Below, piece after piece: positions 18,639-28,898 of a stretch of 64,000 bases of DNA. Below the pieces are notes generated by a model. It was not told where the DNA came from. It saw only the letters and a list, made by a program, of their open reading frames with translations, and did no database searches. Source of the DNA: Candidatus Hermodarchaeota archaeon (GTDB lineage: Archaea; Asgardarchaeota; Hermodarchaeia; Hermodarchaeales; Hermodarchaeaceae); assembly GCA_016840065.1 (NCBI GenBank), contig JAEOTB010000037.1, positions 1 through 64,000 on the forward strand, written 5' to 3'. The translations under genes were made by a program, and so were the position numbers. Within the stretch, counting starts at the first letter, position 1, and every line of letters starts with the position of its first letter.

Positions 18639-19766
18639 ATGAGATTGAATAGACGAAAAATAGTAACGATTCCAATCACCGTCGTTTTGGTGATTTTCCT
18701 CATATTCGCGACAATTCAGATGTACTGGTACTTTCAACCTACAAATCCCGTGCTGCCCCCAGACGAGTGGACCTTAATAACAGTTGGTCAGCCTGACCTA
18801 GGGTGCGAAGGATGGGAGCAAGCAGCCTATGTCTACAGAGGAACCCGAGATGGAGTCTTCTTCATTCGAGCAGTGTGGAACGAGTCGCGTCAGAACCTTC
18901 GGCAAATACTTGGGTCTTCGGATACTTATACGGGATCAGAAGGGGTTGTGCAAAAGAATGTGTCTTACTATGAACAGAGATACGTTTACGTTCAGATGCA
19001 GACTCCCTCGGAGGAGTACGAAATCGTGGTCGGTCAGTTTCCTTTCACAACTGCTGAAGTCGAGTTTCTATGGAATCTGAGGCAGGTCTACAAGACAGGT
19101 GATGATTACACAGTGATTGTTGGAGTAGTACCAGATACAGAAGGTCCAGAACCACCCGAATCAGTCGAGAATTTCGAGATATTATCTGTCGAATCAGGTT
19201 ATGAAACATATAGTTCAAATGACTTCTATCTTACAGGCAACCTGCCACCTGCAACAACAACACCTTTGATAGATGGTTTTCCAGAGGATTGGGAGGAGCT
19301 CACCAAGCTTCAGATACTCTATAATTGTACGCCTCCTAGACCTCTAGTGCCCCAGTCGTTTACTTTATCTCGCTTTGGCGACTGCCTGTCTCTGATGTTC
19401 GCCTTACAGGGGAATTACTCAGCGGCATACCAGCGTTTCCCTCAAGCAACCCTGAATTCGCTTTCGCAGGCATTATTCTATGCTAGCTCGTCACTAAGGC
19501 GAGAGAGCTATTCACTATATCTCCACGCGGATCGTGTAGATGAGCAATTAGATGTAACAGCTTCGCTCCTACATTCTTGGACTGAAGATAGTGTACTGTA
19601 TTCGCAGCGAATAGATCTCCACAATTCCATGTTCGCAGTTAATACTACATTTGAAGTTGTATTACCTGAATCAGTTTGGCAGGACTTGGTAGGGGTGGCC
19701 GCAGACCAGATTCATGTAACCCCAATCGTTGAAATCGTTTACCTTTGGCCTTTACTCCTAGTGTAG
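18639..19766 (+). CDS. Membrane-anchored exported hypothetical protein
   Basis: N-terminal basic residues plus TM, then an acidic soluble region; no recognised motifs. Confidence 0.65.
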   Translation: MRLNRRKIVTIPITVVLVIFLIFATIQMYWYFQPTNPVLPPDEWTLITVGQPDLGCEGWEQAAYVYRGTRDGVFFIRAVWNESRQNLRQILGSSDTYTGSEGVVQKNVSYYEQRYVYVQMQTPSEEYEIVVGQFPFTTAEVEFLWNLRQVYKTGDDYTVIVGVVPDTEGPEPPESVENFEILSVESGYETYSSNDFYLTGNLPPATTTPLIDGFPEDWEELTKLQILYNCTPPRPLVPQSFTLSRFGDCLSLMFALQGNYSAAYQRFPQATLNSLSQALFYASSSLRRESYSLYLHADRVDEQLDVTASLLHSWTEDSVLYSQRIDLHNSMFAVNTTFEVVLPESVWQDLVGVAADQIHVTPIVEIVYLWPLLLV

Positions 19767-20101
19767 ACTCATTAAACCATCAGCCAATGACATTAATCTC
19801 TATTATCAAGAACGGTTCCAAGCGACAACAACCCCAGACCTCGAAGATGTCCTAGATATCAACATGCTTTTAAAAACGGATTATCATAACCTTCAGGACA
19901 CACCAAATACTAAACAGCTTCCGAGCCAAACACCCAGAACTACATCCATCTACTCAAATAAGCAGGCTACTAAGCAGATGGCTATCTGGCACTATCCCGC
20001 CAGCAGTTGAAACCGCCATAAAATGCGGTCATCTAAAACTGACTAGAGAAATGCTAGAAAAGTACCCTAGACTAAGGTCGTACCTACCCAGAGAGGATTA
20101 G
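19762..20101 (+). pseudogene. Frameshifted 3' remnant of a gene
   Basis: Start-less 75-codon frame 19874-20101 (KRIIITFRTHQ...YLPRED*) joinable to an upstream open frame at TTTTAAAAA (19868-19876). Confidence 0.35.
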
Positions 20102-20129
20102 AAAGACACAATTCTAAAAGTCGATAAGT

Positions 20130-20170
20130 AAAAAAAAGAGGAGAGCCTCCCGCGAAACGCGAGAGGAATC
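20130..20170 (-). terminator. Hairpin plus T-tract terminator for the acyl-CoA ligase gene
   Basis: CCTCCCGCG-AAA-CGCGAGAGG stem; the A8 run on + reads T8 on -. Confidence 0.55.
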
Positions 20171-20188
20171 CCACAAGAGAAGAAAGGA

Positions 20189-21937
20189 TTAGGCTAGACC
20201 CCGCTTGGCGAGTTCCTCAGCCCGCAGCACACGCCGTAGAACCTTTCCGACAGACGTTTGGGGCAGTTCGGTGCGGATCTCGATTTCCTTCGGTCGCTTG
20301 TATCGCGTCAGTCGTTTCTCAGCCCAGGCAACTAATTCCGCAGGTTTAGCTGTAGTGCCAGGCGCCAAAACCACATAAGCCTTGATGGTCTCACTACCAG
20401 GCTTGTCCTTCACTGGAATGCCGATGACCGCTGCTAAGATGATTTTTGGATGCTCGATAAGAATGTCCTCGACCTCCCGAGGATAAATCTTGAAGCCCCC
20501 AGAAATAATCATGTCCTTCTTGCGATCAGTTATGACAAAATAGCCTTGTTTATCCATGTGTCCAATGTCGCCAGTTAGGAAGAAGCGTTTACCTCCGATT
20601 GTGCGCATGACCGCCTTCGTTTCTTTCTCCATGCCAAAGTAGCCTTTCATGACTTGTGGACCATGGATGGCAATCTCACCTGTTTCGCCTTGCTTCAACT
20701 CGGTCTTGCCTTTCTCGATATCCATGATCTTGAGAATTGTGTCGCTGATTGGGAAGCCGATACTCCCGAATTTCCGGTCTCGCAGATTAGATGGGTTAGC
20801 AGTAGCCATCGGAGCCGTCTCTGTCAAACCGTATCCTTCGAAGAGGATAGCGCCTGTCGCCTTCTCAAACTCCCTTGCAGTAGCGGGTGGAAGAGGTGCT
20901 GCACCAGAACCACATGCCTTGATGCAACTCAAATCAAACTTCGAGATATTGGCATGATATGCAATGCCTGCGTAAAGTGTCGGAACAGCATGCAATATTG
21001 TACCTTTGTTTTTCTCAATAGCCTTGAGTAGATCAGTAAGAGGAGGTTTACCAGCGCGGGGGTCAGGGATGCAGACCAGCTTAGCAGCATAGTAGACAGA
21101 AGCAACCATCGTCAAGGTTAACCCGTAGCTATGATACCATGGGAGAGCTCCGATGAAGACCTCGTTACCGTACTCTAGCTGTTTGGCTTTCCCACCACCC
21201 TTTGGTTTAAGCCACACCCATTCATGTATCTGGATGACGTTGGAGTACATGTTGTAGTGGGTCAGGCTTGCGCCCTTGGGAACTCCTGTGGTTCCTCCTG
21301 TATAGAGGATTAAAGCCAAATCGGTTTTAGGCCTGATGCTCACTTTGGGAGGTTTGGCCTCGTACTTTTCCATTATCTCCTTGTAGAAGATTGTTTTGTC
21401 TTCCTCGTAGAATGGAGACTTTGGTATCTTTCCGAAAAGACCGCCTATGAGGCCTTTAGCTCCTGAGAGGAATGGCTTGATGTTGCACACTATGACTTTC
21501 TTGACTTTGGTACCTTTGATTGCTTCATAGCATGCGGGAGTGAACTTGGGGTGGTCGAAGACAAAGACAGCTTTTGCTCCAGAGTCCTTGAGTTGATGCT
21601 TAAGCTCAGGGGCGGTATACTGTGGATTCGCCGTTACGCAGACAGCGCCAGCTTTCAGGATACCGAAGAAAATTGGTGGATAATGGGGTGTGTTCGGTAG
21701 AAACATCGCGACTTTATCACCTTTTTTGATACCAATGCTGTGGAGGTAATTGGCGATTTTATCCGCGGCCTCGCGGACTTGCGCGTATGTTCTTGGTGGT
21801 CCGTAGATTGTGTAGGGATTATCTGGCGATTTGTCAGCTGCTGTGTCGAGGAGATGGAAGAGGGGCTTTGATGGGTAGTCTATTGTTTTTCTGACCTGTT
21901 TTGGCCATTTGTGTTTATGCCATAGTTGTTCTTTCAT
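20189..21937 (-). CDS. fadD: Long-chain fatty acid--CoA ligase
   Basis: YTGGTTGVPKG, EGYGLTE, TGDIG, DRKKDMI and VGKVLRR motifs. Confidence 0.92.
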   Translation of the reverse strand: MKEQLWHKHKWPKQVRKTIDYPSKPLFHLLDTAADKSPDNPYTIYGPPRTYAQVREAADKIANYLHSIGIKKGDKVAMFLPNTPHYPPIFFGILKAGAVCVTANPQYTAPELKHQLKDSGAKAVFVFDHPKFTPACYEAIKGTKVKKVIVCNIKPFLSGAKGLIGGLFGKIPKSPFYEEDKTIFYKEIMEKYEAKPPKVSIRPKTDLALILYTGGTTGVPKGASLTHYNMYSNVIQIHEWVWLKPKGGGKAKQLEYGNEVFIGALPWYHSYGLTLTMVASVYYAAKLVCIPDPRAGKPPLTDLLKAIEKNKGTILHAVPTLYAGIAYHANISKFDLSCIKACGSGAAPLPPATAREFEKATGAILFEGYGLTETAPMATANPSNLRDRKFGSIGFPISDTILKIMDIEKGKTELKQGETGEIAIHGPQVMKGYFGMEKETKAVMRTIGGKRFFLTGDIGHMDKQGYFVITDRKKDMIISGGFKIYPREVEDILIEHPKIILAAVIGIPVKDKPGSETIKAYVVLAPGTTAKPAELVAWAEKRLTRYKRPKEIEIRTELPQTSVGKVLRRVLRAEELAKRGLA

Positions 21938-22065
21938 GTTATCCTTTGCTCCATATTTTTTTGATTATTGTAAAGCAGAAAGTAGGTTCTTATTGTAAAC
22001 TTCTTGTTGATTTACCTTTTGGCGTTAACAGAAAATCATGATTTCACTAGCTGAAGACCAGTTTT

Positions 22066-22767
22066 TCACCGCCGCGGTAGTAATTCTAGTCTTCGGCTTC
22101 CCTCTCGGATGACTAGACGAGACATTTGTGATTGATATTCATCTATGAAGCAGCGGACAAGATCGGGTTCATGATAACTCAGTTGACGCAGCGCCCAGCC
22201 TACCGCGCGTTGAATGTAGAATTCCTTATCCCCGATGTGTGGTCTTATTGCTTCTAGAATCCAAGATGCGTACTCTTTCCGATACTGTCCCTTTAGACAC
22301 AAGTCTACGTATGGCACTATTGCCATACGGCGCCGCCAGATGTGTTCACTTTCTCCCCAGAAACTAAGGATTCGCTTTAGTTTTGGGTTGCTGATGAGAA
22401 GTTTGCTTACACCCCAGGCTAGAGGGTCTGTTAATGCCCAAGTATCGATATCATTAATCCATGAATCGATTAGTTGCAAAGTATCATGTTCTGGCATTCC
22501 GCGTTTTATGAACTGTAGAAGTGCCTCTTCAGCCGCTCTCCGGACATCAAAAACATGAAAATTCCATAGCGCTAACAAAAATCGTGAGAAGTTGTCTTGG
22601 TGGACTTGCTTTGAATACTGTTTGGCAATTCGTCGAATCACTGGCAGCCTAACACCATAGAACTCTAGATTGGAGGTTTTCAGGTACCGTCTGACAACAT
22701 CAGCTTGTGCGGAGCTTCCTTGATTCTTAAGGTCGTTGACAAGTACTTGTACGAAATTGTCCACCAT
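22066..22767 (-). CDS. alkD: DNA alkylation repair protein (AlkD family)
   Basis: YGVRLP, WALTD, WRRR and YIQRAVGWALR motifs. Confidence 0.85.
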   Translation of the reverse strand: MVDNFVQVLVNDLKNQGSSAQADVVRRYLKTSNLEFYGVRLPVIRRIAKQYSKQVHQDNFSRFLLALWNFHVFDVRRAAEEALLQFIKRGMPEHDTLQLIDSWINDIDTWALTDPLAWGVSKLLISNPKLKRILSFWGESEHIWRRRMAIVPYVDLCLKGQYRKEYASWILEAIRPHIGDKEFYIQRAVGWALRQLSYHEPDLVRCFIDEYQSQMSRLVIREGSRRLELLPRR

Positions 22768-22860
22768 AATACAAGCATTTGTACTATAAATAAAATAAAT
22801 ACGACTACTCTAATGCTATACTATCTTTGAAAATAAGAAAGAGGAGACCTGAGCAATTGC

Positions 22861-23880
22861 TCAGATCTCAACTTGAAGATCAAGTTCTCTCACTAGTTCT
22901 TTGTATCGATTTCGTACAGTAACTTCAGTTACGTGGCTAATCTCAGCAATTTCTCGTTGGGTGCGCCGTTCGCCTTCCTTAATAGACGCGATGTAGAGGG
23001 ATGCTGCGGCAAGACCTGTGGGGTCCTTACCAGCAGTAATGCCTTTGGCTCTTGCTGCTTTGATAATTTCTGCGGCATGCTGTTGAACGACACTGCTTAG
23101 ACCTAGTGCTTGTGAAAAACGTGGGATGAAATCAGTTGGAGAGGCGATTGGGATACGTACTTCTAATTCACGTAGTAGAAGCCGATAGCAACGACCAAGT
23201 TCCTTACGGTTTATTCGAGAATGGAGGGCGACTTCGTCCAATGTTCTTGGAACATGTCGGAGTCGACATGCTGCGTACACGCAAGAGGCGATCATGGCTT
23301 CAATACTTCGACCACGGATTAAGCGTTGTTCGATGGCGCGGCGGTAAAGAATAGCAGACGCCTCTTTTACTGGACGTGGCACGCCTAGCTGGCTGGTGAG
23401 GCGGTCTAGTTCACTCATTGCATATGCAAGGTTTCGGTCGATACTAGAATGTACACGCGTACGAATTTGCCATTTCCTAAGGCGATATATTTGAGCTCTT
23501 CTGTGGGGGGCAAGTTTCTTTCCATAGGCGTCTCGATTACGCCAGTCAATCACAGTACTAAGACCCTTGTCATGAACTGTGTATGTCATAGGACTGCCAA
23601 CCCGGCTTCGTTTGTCACGTTCTTGGCTGGTGAATGCACGCCACTCAGGTCCTTGGTCGAGAAGGCGAGTGTCGAGGACGAGGCCGCAGCTGGTACAGAT
23701 GATTTCGCCGCGAGTTGGATCACGGATGACATCACTATCACCGCAGTCCGGACAACGACGAGTTGCTTCAAGATGGGCTAATGAATCAGGACCAACTTCT
23801 TCAAAGGGAGTTTCTTCAACCAATCTATCAATCCTTCTTTTTATTGCGTCTTCCTTAAGACGCGGGGTTGGAATTATCAC
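22861..23880 (-). CDS. tfb: Transcription initiation factor IIB
   Basis: Zn ribbon, DQGPEWRAF, two cyclin repeats, VTEVTVRNRYKEL. Confidence 0.97.
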   Translation of the reverse strand: MIIPTPRLKEDAIKRRIDRLVEETPFEEVGPDSLAHLEATRRCPDCGDSDVIRDPTRGEIICTSCGLVLDTRLLDQGPEWRAFTSQERDKRSRVGSPMTYTVHDKGLSTVIDWRNRDAYGKKLAPHRRAQIYRLRKWQIRTRVHSSIDRNLAYAMSELDRLTSQLGVPRPVKEASAILYRRAIEQRLIRGRSIEAMIASCVYAACRLRHVPRTLDEVALHSRINRKELGRCYRLLLRELEVRIPIASPTDFIPRFSQALGLSSVVQQHAAEIIKAARAKGITAGKDPTGLAAASLYIASIKEGERRTQREIAEISHVTEVTVRNRYKELVRELDLQVEI

Positions 23881-24114
23881 TAATTAGAGAACTGAGTCCC
23901 TGTGTCTGGCAAGCGTTTTTTCTTGCCTTCTCTGTTCCTTCTTTTATCGAATACTGGAACAAGAATGAGCTGTTAATGATGGATTTTTTCCCCGCTTTTT
24001 TGGCGAAACTTTTATAAGTCTCTCACATTGAATGCGGCTTTCCAGACTTTTAAATCTTATTACCTAGACCTCTCGTTGGGGATTAAATTGAGGGATACTA
24101 TTCACTTCAACTAT

Positions 24115-25122
24115 TTACTTGTCAGTTGTGATTTCTGCACCATCTTTGGTGACAAGGAATGTGTGTTCTGCTTGTGATACATGGCACCCCTTTGAATCTG
24201 CAAGAACACTGTATTGGCGTAGAACCCCCTTCTGTGTGAGTTCTCGTAACCCCAGAGCAAGAGGGCGTTGAATCTGTTTGGAGAGATAGCGGCGGCTGAA
24301 TGGAAGGCTCTTGAATTCACGAGCCACGAGTTTTACAATTTCACGAGCACAAAGATTTCGGATGGGTTTACGTACAGGCTGGAGACTAAAGATGTAGTAT
24401 TGTCCAGTGTCGTGAACACTTCCCGTACCTGTACTAGCAAAGGTTTCCAGAGCATAGGCTTCACCTTCTTCCAAGGTCGTACCGTGTGGAACTGCTATAT
24501 TCGGAAGTGTCTTTTGACCATGAAGGACATACTCGTCTAGTTGATGTCCACTAAGTTCACGGATAGGTCTGTATCCGTATCCTCGAATGGTGTCTTCGAT
24601 TATTTTCCCTAAATCCTTCGAGTTAGTCTTTGGTCTAACGAGTTCAAGGGCCTTGTTGAGTGCTTCCCTACTTGCTTCAAGAAGTTTTTCTAATTCAGGA
24701 TTGAAGCAGATGGTTAACGCTGTGTCAGCGATGTACCCGTCGATGTGAACCCCAACGTCAAGTTTTACGATGTCACCTTCTTTGATAACTGTTTCATCAA
24801 TCTCAGGACTTGAGTAATGCGCAGCGACCTCGTTTATCGAGATGTTTGTCGGGAATGCGATACCTCCACCTAGTTCGAGGATTCGTGTCTCTGCAGCTTC
24901 ACACAAATCAAAGGCTCTAGCACCGATTTTTATTGCTGAAGCTATCTCATCTCTGACTTGACTAGCTATCTTTCCTGCTTGCTTGTATTTTTCTTCTGGA
25001 ACGACTTCTTCCGCTTCTTCTGGTTCTTGCGCAGCAGGTTTAGTTTCGGTATCGGTTTGTTTTTCACTAGATCCTGCAGAGGAACTAGTTGTTTCTTCTT
25101 CGGAGGGCAAAGGTCTTGTCAT
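24115..25122 (-). CDS. map: Methionine aminopeptidase type II
   Basis: AFPTNIS..AAHY, DVGVHIDGYIAD, SGH, ETF and QAEHT motifs. Confidence 0.95.
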   Translation of the reverse strand: MTRPLPSEEETTSSSAGSSEKQTDTETKPAAQEPEEAEEVVPEEKYKQAGKIASQVRDEIASAIKIGARAFDLCEAAETRILELGGGIAFPTNISINEVAAHYSSPEIDETVIKEGDIVKLDVGVHIDGYIADTALTICFNPELEKLLEASREALNKALELVRPKTNSKDLGKIIEDTIRGYGYRPIRELSGHQLDEYVLHGQKTLPNIAVPHGTTLEEGEAYALETFASTGTGSVHDTGQYYIFSLQPVRKPIRNLCAREIVKLVAREFKSLPFSRRYLSKQIQRPLALGLRELTQKGVLRQYSVLADSKGCHVSQAEHTFLVTKDGAEITTDK

Positions 25123-25245
25123 TGTAATCTCTCAGCTTCTTTCTCGCTGAGCAAAATAAGGCACGACTCTTAAAGGTTACTTCTAAGAAAATAATGCACG
25201 AATCAAAATGCGCATTTTCTCATTCTTTGACCAGAACAATTTTAG

Positions 25246-25653
25246 GTGTTTGCGAATATAGAAAGTATCGAGGATGCTATGTCTGCAACAGCCAAACAGC
25301 TACAAGATCTCCTTCGACAAATGGAAGGAACAGCACCAGGAATTGAGGCAAGCGCCATAGTTACCACACAAGGCCTACCAATAGTGGCTGCAATGCCTCA
25401 AACTGTTAATGAGGCGATAGTAGCTGCTATGACTGCAGCTCTTCTTGGTGTCGCGGAACGAGCCCTAACCGAGATTCCCAGGGGGAAGCTTCAGCAAGTC
25501 ACAATCGAGGCAGAGCAAGGCTACATCATATTGAAGGGCGCAGGAGACAATGCAATTCTAACTTCTCTAGTGAAGAAGACCGCCAATCTAGGGATGGTTT
25601 TTCTAGCTTTGAAGCGTTTCAGTAAAGAGATTGAAAAAGTACTGCAAGGTTGA
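25246..25653 (+). CDS. Roadblock/LC7 (MglB-like) protein (probable start ATG 25279)
   Basis: IEASAIVTTQGLPI...AAMTAA...LGMV pattern. Confidence 0.9.
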   Translation: MFANIESIEDAMSATAKQLQDLLRQMEGTAPGIEASAIVTTQGLPIVAAMPQTVNEAIVAAMTAALLGVAERALTEIPRGKLQQVTIEAEQGYIILKGAGDNAILTSLVKKTANLGMVFLALKRFSKEIEKVLQG

Positions 25654-25842
25654 TAGCTGTTCAGCTCTAGCTTCTAATATTCAATTATTACGAATAAGAA
25701 ACAAAGAAGCAGCAGCTCAGTTCGCCCGTCGACCATCATTCTTTTACGTCCGTGGTACTCAGGTTTTCCTCATTGCTGCCGAATATAGTTATGAAACAAG
25801 TTACTTAAGGCTTGTTTCGGTGTGTAGTGTAGGCGGCGAATA

Positions 25843-26379
25843 ATGGATTCTAGAGTCAAGCCACTTTTCGCTTCATCCTACTTTGCAATCTCTAATACAC
25901 TCCAGGTATATCAGGTAGTTTGTTATGACTATGCTGATCCAGATGGATACTACGAACGGATATTACAAGATTCAGACGCATTCAAACAGGAAGTAGAGAA
26001 CCTCTGTACAAACATGCAAGGATTTCTTGATGCAGAGCAGGTGTTCATCAATGGTCAGCGCGTTGAGCAGAAAATTCTTCACGTGGACATTGGGTTGCGC
26101 GGCGCTGCTGATGTACCCTACCTCAAGTGGGTGATTTTCTTCCAAGGCCAGGTTCAACCAGGTATAAACACTCTTGCCAGTGATGTTGAGGAGGAAGTCT
26201 CTGAATACGATATAGAAGTACTATATCTTTGGCCACCAGAAACCCAAATCAATAAAGTTGTAACCCCTATGGATTTCGAGATACGAGGACCACTTCTTCT
26301 CGTCTGGTCGAGAAAAGGAGATGTCGTTGGTGGATACGAAGAGGTGAGTTTCGAGTTTCTATCTCCCAATATTCCATGA
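25843..26379 (+). CDS. Hypothetical protein
   Basis: Long ORF with protein-like composition; no recognised motif. Confidence 0.6.
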   Translation: MDSRVKPLFASSYFAISNTLQVYQVVCYDYADPDGYYERILQDSDAFKQEVENLCTNMQGFLDAEQVFINGQRVEQKILHVDIGLRGAADVPYLKWVIFFQGQVQPGINTLASDVEEEVSEYDIEVLYLWPPETQINKVVTPMDFEIRGPLLLVWSRKGDVVGGYEEVSFEFLSPNIP

Positions 26380-26416
26380 AGGAGAAGAAACATAGGGTGA
26401 TAAGAACTGGCTCGTA

Positions 26417-27346
26417 CTAGTTAATCATGTTCCCGCAGTGGTAGCACCATTTACTTCGAGGAGGAACGCTACCACCACAGTTCGGACATTTTCCTGGATG
26501 TGTGACTTTAGAAGAGGAACGAGTAACCCTTGACGATTTTGGAGAAGCCTCCCTACTAATGGAGGTGGAGGATACGCCTAGAAGTGCGCGAAGCCCAGCT
26601 ACTACTTGGCTTATCTTTGATAACTCCTGTTCGAGATTTTGTTGCCGTCTAGTGACCCGACTTTGAGGAAGTTCATCTAGTTTTGCTCGAACCCCGAATG
26701 TTTCCTTATCAAACTCAAGTTGCTGTTGACGAGCTTCTAGCTCACTTAGCCAGTGTTGTGCTTTAACACGCTCTACCTCTAATTTCTGAACAATATCGGC
26801 AAGTTTGTCCCGGTATTCAGCTACCAAGCGGTCATAAACTGATTGTTCTACTTCTCCTGACTGATACAGGGTTTCAAGCTTTTGAAGACGTTCAGCGTGA
26901 GTTATGTGCTCTTGTTCTAGCTGTTCAAGAGGTGTGCTTGCTTTGCCCTCAAACTCCTTAATTTCTTTAGTAAGGCGCTCTATTTTTGCCTTGATTTTCT
27001 CTAACCTCTTCTTGGCAGCAGCTTCAAGCAACTCTCCGACTAACTGCTTTACTCGTACTGTTTCCATCTCTTCTTCAAGCATATCCCTTTCAGAAAGTAG
27101 TTTTGCCATTTTTCCTCGAAGAATTAGTGCTGCTTCTACTACTTGAGGCATCGGCTCAATTGCGGGCTGGGTTTCAGGTTCCGCTTCACGTGAAGATTGT
27201 CTGCTGGTTGACGGAGTAAAACTTTCATTAGATATCGGAGATTTCGGAGAACCACTTATCGGTTCTCCACAATAGGAGCAGAACTTGGCACGTGATTTGA
27301 GTCTTCGCCCGCAATGATCACAAGTACGTCTTGGCATATCACTCAT
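26417..27346 (-). CDS. Coiled-coil protein flanked by two zinc ribbons
   Basis: Terminal CxxC..CxxC ribbons; central heptad-rich region with a SHOCT-like SGEV..SVYDRL motif. Confidence 0.75.
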   Translation of the reverse strand: MSDMPRRTCDHCGRRLKSRAKFCSYCGEPISGSPKSPISNESFTPSTSRQSSREAEPETQPAIEPMPQVVEAALILRGKMAKLLSERDMLEEEMETVRVKQLVGELLEAAAKKRLEKIKAKIERLTKEIKEFEGKASTPLEQLEQEHITHAERLQKLETLYQSGEVEQSVYDRLVAEYRDKLADIVQKLEVERVKAQHWLSELEARQQQLEFDKETFGVRAKLDELPQSRVTRRQQNLEQELSKISQVVAGLRALLGVSSTSISREASPKSSRVTRSSSKVTHPGKCPNCGGSVPPRSKWCYHCGNMIN

Positions 27347-27414
27347 CCCTGAACAGTTCTAATCGATACTTGCAGAAAACAAGGCTAAAAAGTTCGCCTT
27401 GAGTGCAAATCTCC

Positions 27415-28719
27415 TTAAAAGAAGATGTAGAAGCCGAAGAATTGGAGAACACTGAAACATGTTGCAGTCAAAATACTAACACTAAGATTATCATCAACAA
27501 GATGGAATGGGAATAGTTCAATGAAACAAGCAAGAACAGTACAAAGCAGAGCGGAAAGAGGAGTAATGATAAAGAGAAGAACCAAAAAGGCGAGTGAGAA
27601 ACCAGTTAAGCTGCCCTCCACGGTTTTCTTCTGATTAAAACGCCACTTATGGCGGCCAAAAAGAAGGCCAGCAACTGTTGAGAAAGAATCCCCTATTAAG
27701 AAAGCGATAACACTAGCGGATGCGATGAGGGGGAAGGGAAAAAGGAAAGAAAACAAAACAAGAGGAACTGCAACACCTGCAGCGAAAAAGAGTGGGGATA
27801 GAACAAAGCCCCCGATTTCATCCTCTCGTCCTGCTGCGTGGACAACTTTGGAAATTAATGGAATACGAATCCCATAGCTTCTGAGCAATTCAGAGGCAAA
27901 AAACAATAAAGAACCACTTGCTATTACCGAGAGTATTGGCAGATGCCAAGAGATATCGCTAAGCCAGAGAAAGGGGATAACCACAGCACTTGCGTGGAAT
28001 AGTTGTCGGACGATTTCTTGTCCTAGCCGTCGAGGGATATAGACGCCAACTGAGGGGCTAGTAATAATAGGAATTAATGCTCGGAGATCAGGCGTAGTTA
28101 CTACATGCTGCACATGACGTCGTGCCACCCTATCTGGGCGAAAACCAACAGGCAGATGAGAGTACTTGAAAAGCGGAATGTTATTTCGATCGTTTGCTAT
28201 CGCAACAAGCTCGTAATCAGTGAATTGTTGCGCTTTGATTAGATGCTTGATGTATTCGACTTTGGTTTGCCCTCTGGAACCAAGAGCTGAGATGTGACCA
28301 GTAAGGAGGTTATCCTGAATCTCTAGACGTAACCCAAAGGCGAATTGGGCACCAACGATTCTTGATAGACGACTGACCACAAAATCAGGAATTCCAGAGC
28401 TTATTAACACAATAACATGACCTTGCTGCCTCAGAAGTTTTATTGTTTCAAGGGCTCCCCGAACTAGATCAGACTGGCCAGTCATACGTAGCAACCATTC
28501 CTTGGGAACACCGCGCAACAACCGATAGGAATATCTCATTAAGGAGGTGACCTCCATAATTCGTGCCTCATATAGGATGATAAGAATACCGAGGGCGAAG
28601 GATTTGATAATACCAAGACGGGCCATTATTTGGGAAAGCCAAAACCCTCTGATGATGACCCCGTCAACATCAAATACAATAACTCGCGTCTGCTCTGCCT
28701 GTGCCATACTATCTATCAT
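27415..28719 (-). CDS. HAD (SerB-like) phosphatase fused to a CTP-dependent dolichol/phytol/DAG kinase-type membrane domain
   Basis: FDVDG, ISSG and K motifs; then RQLFH, GDSFSTVAG..FGRH, KKTVEGS and DDNL. Confidence 0.8.
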   Translation of the reverse strand: MIDSMAQAEQTRVIVFDVDGVIIRGFWLSQIMARLGIIKSFALGILIILYEARIMEVTSLMRYSYRLLRGVPKEWLLRMTGQSDLVRGALETIKLLRQQGHVIVLISSGIPDFVVSRLSRIVGAQFAFGLRLEIQDNLLTGHISALGSRGQTKVEYIKHLIKAQQFTDYELVAIANDRNNIPLFKYSHLPVGFRPDRVARRHVQHVVTTPDLRALIPIITSPSVGVYIPRRLGQEIVRQLFHASAVVIPFLWLSDISWHLPILSVIASGSLLFFASELLRSYGIRIPLISKVVHAAGREDEIGGFVLSPLFFAAGVAVPLVLFSFLFPFPLIASASVIAFLIGDSFSTVAGLLFGRHKWRFNQKKTVEGSLTGFSLAFLVLLFIITPLSALLCTVLACFIELFPFHLVDDNLSVSILTATCFSVLQFFGFYIFF

Positions 28720-28898
28720 CCTGCCTTCGCCTTTTATCAGTATCTTTCTTATAATAATGGATATTGACTCTTTTTCACTAATTTTGAATTATGCAAGAAT
28801 AGTTTCAGAACTCGTGTGGAAGAAGGAAGGTTTAAATTTAAACTAGTAAGAGTGAACAGGAGACGAGTCAGAAAATATGGAATTAAGGAGAGAACCGC

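Noticed and set aside
16604-20189. Transposon or provirus at the accessory island
   Set aside because: No transposase, integrase, terminal repeats or att duplication were visible.
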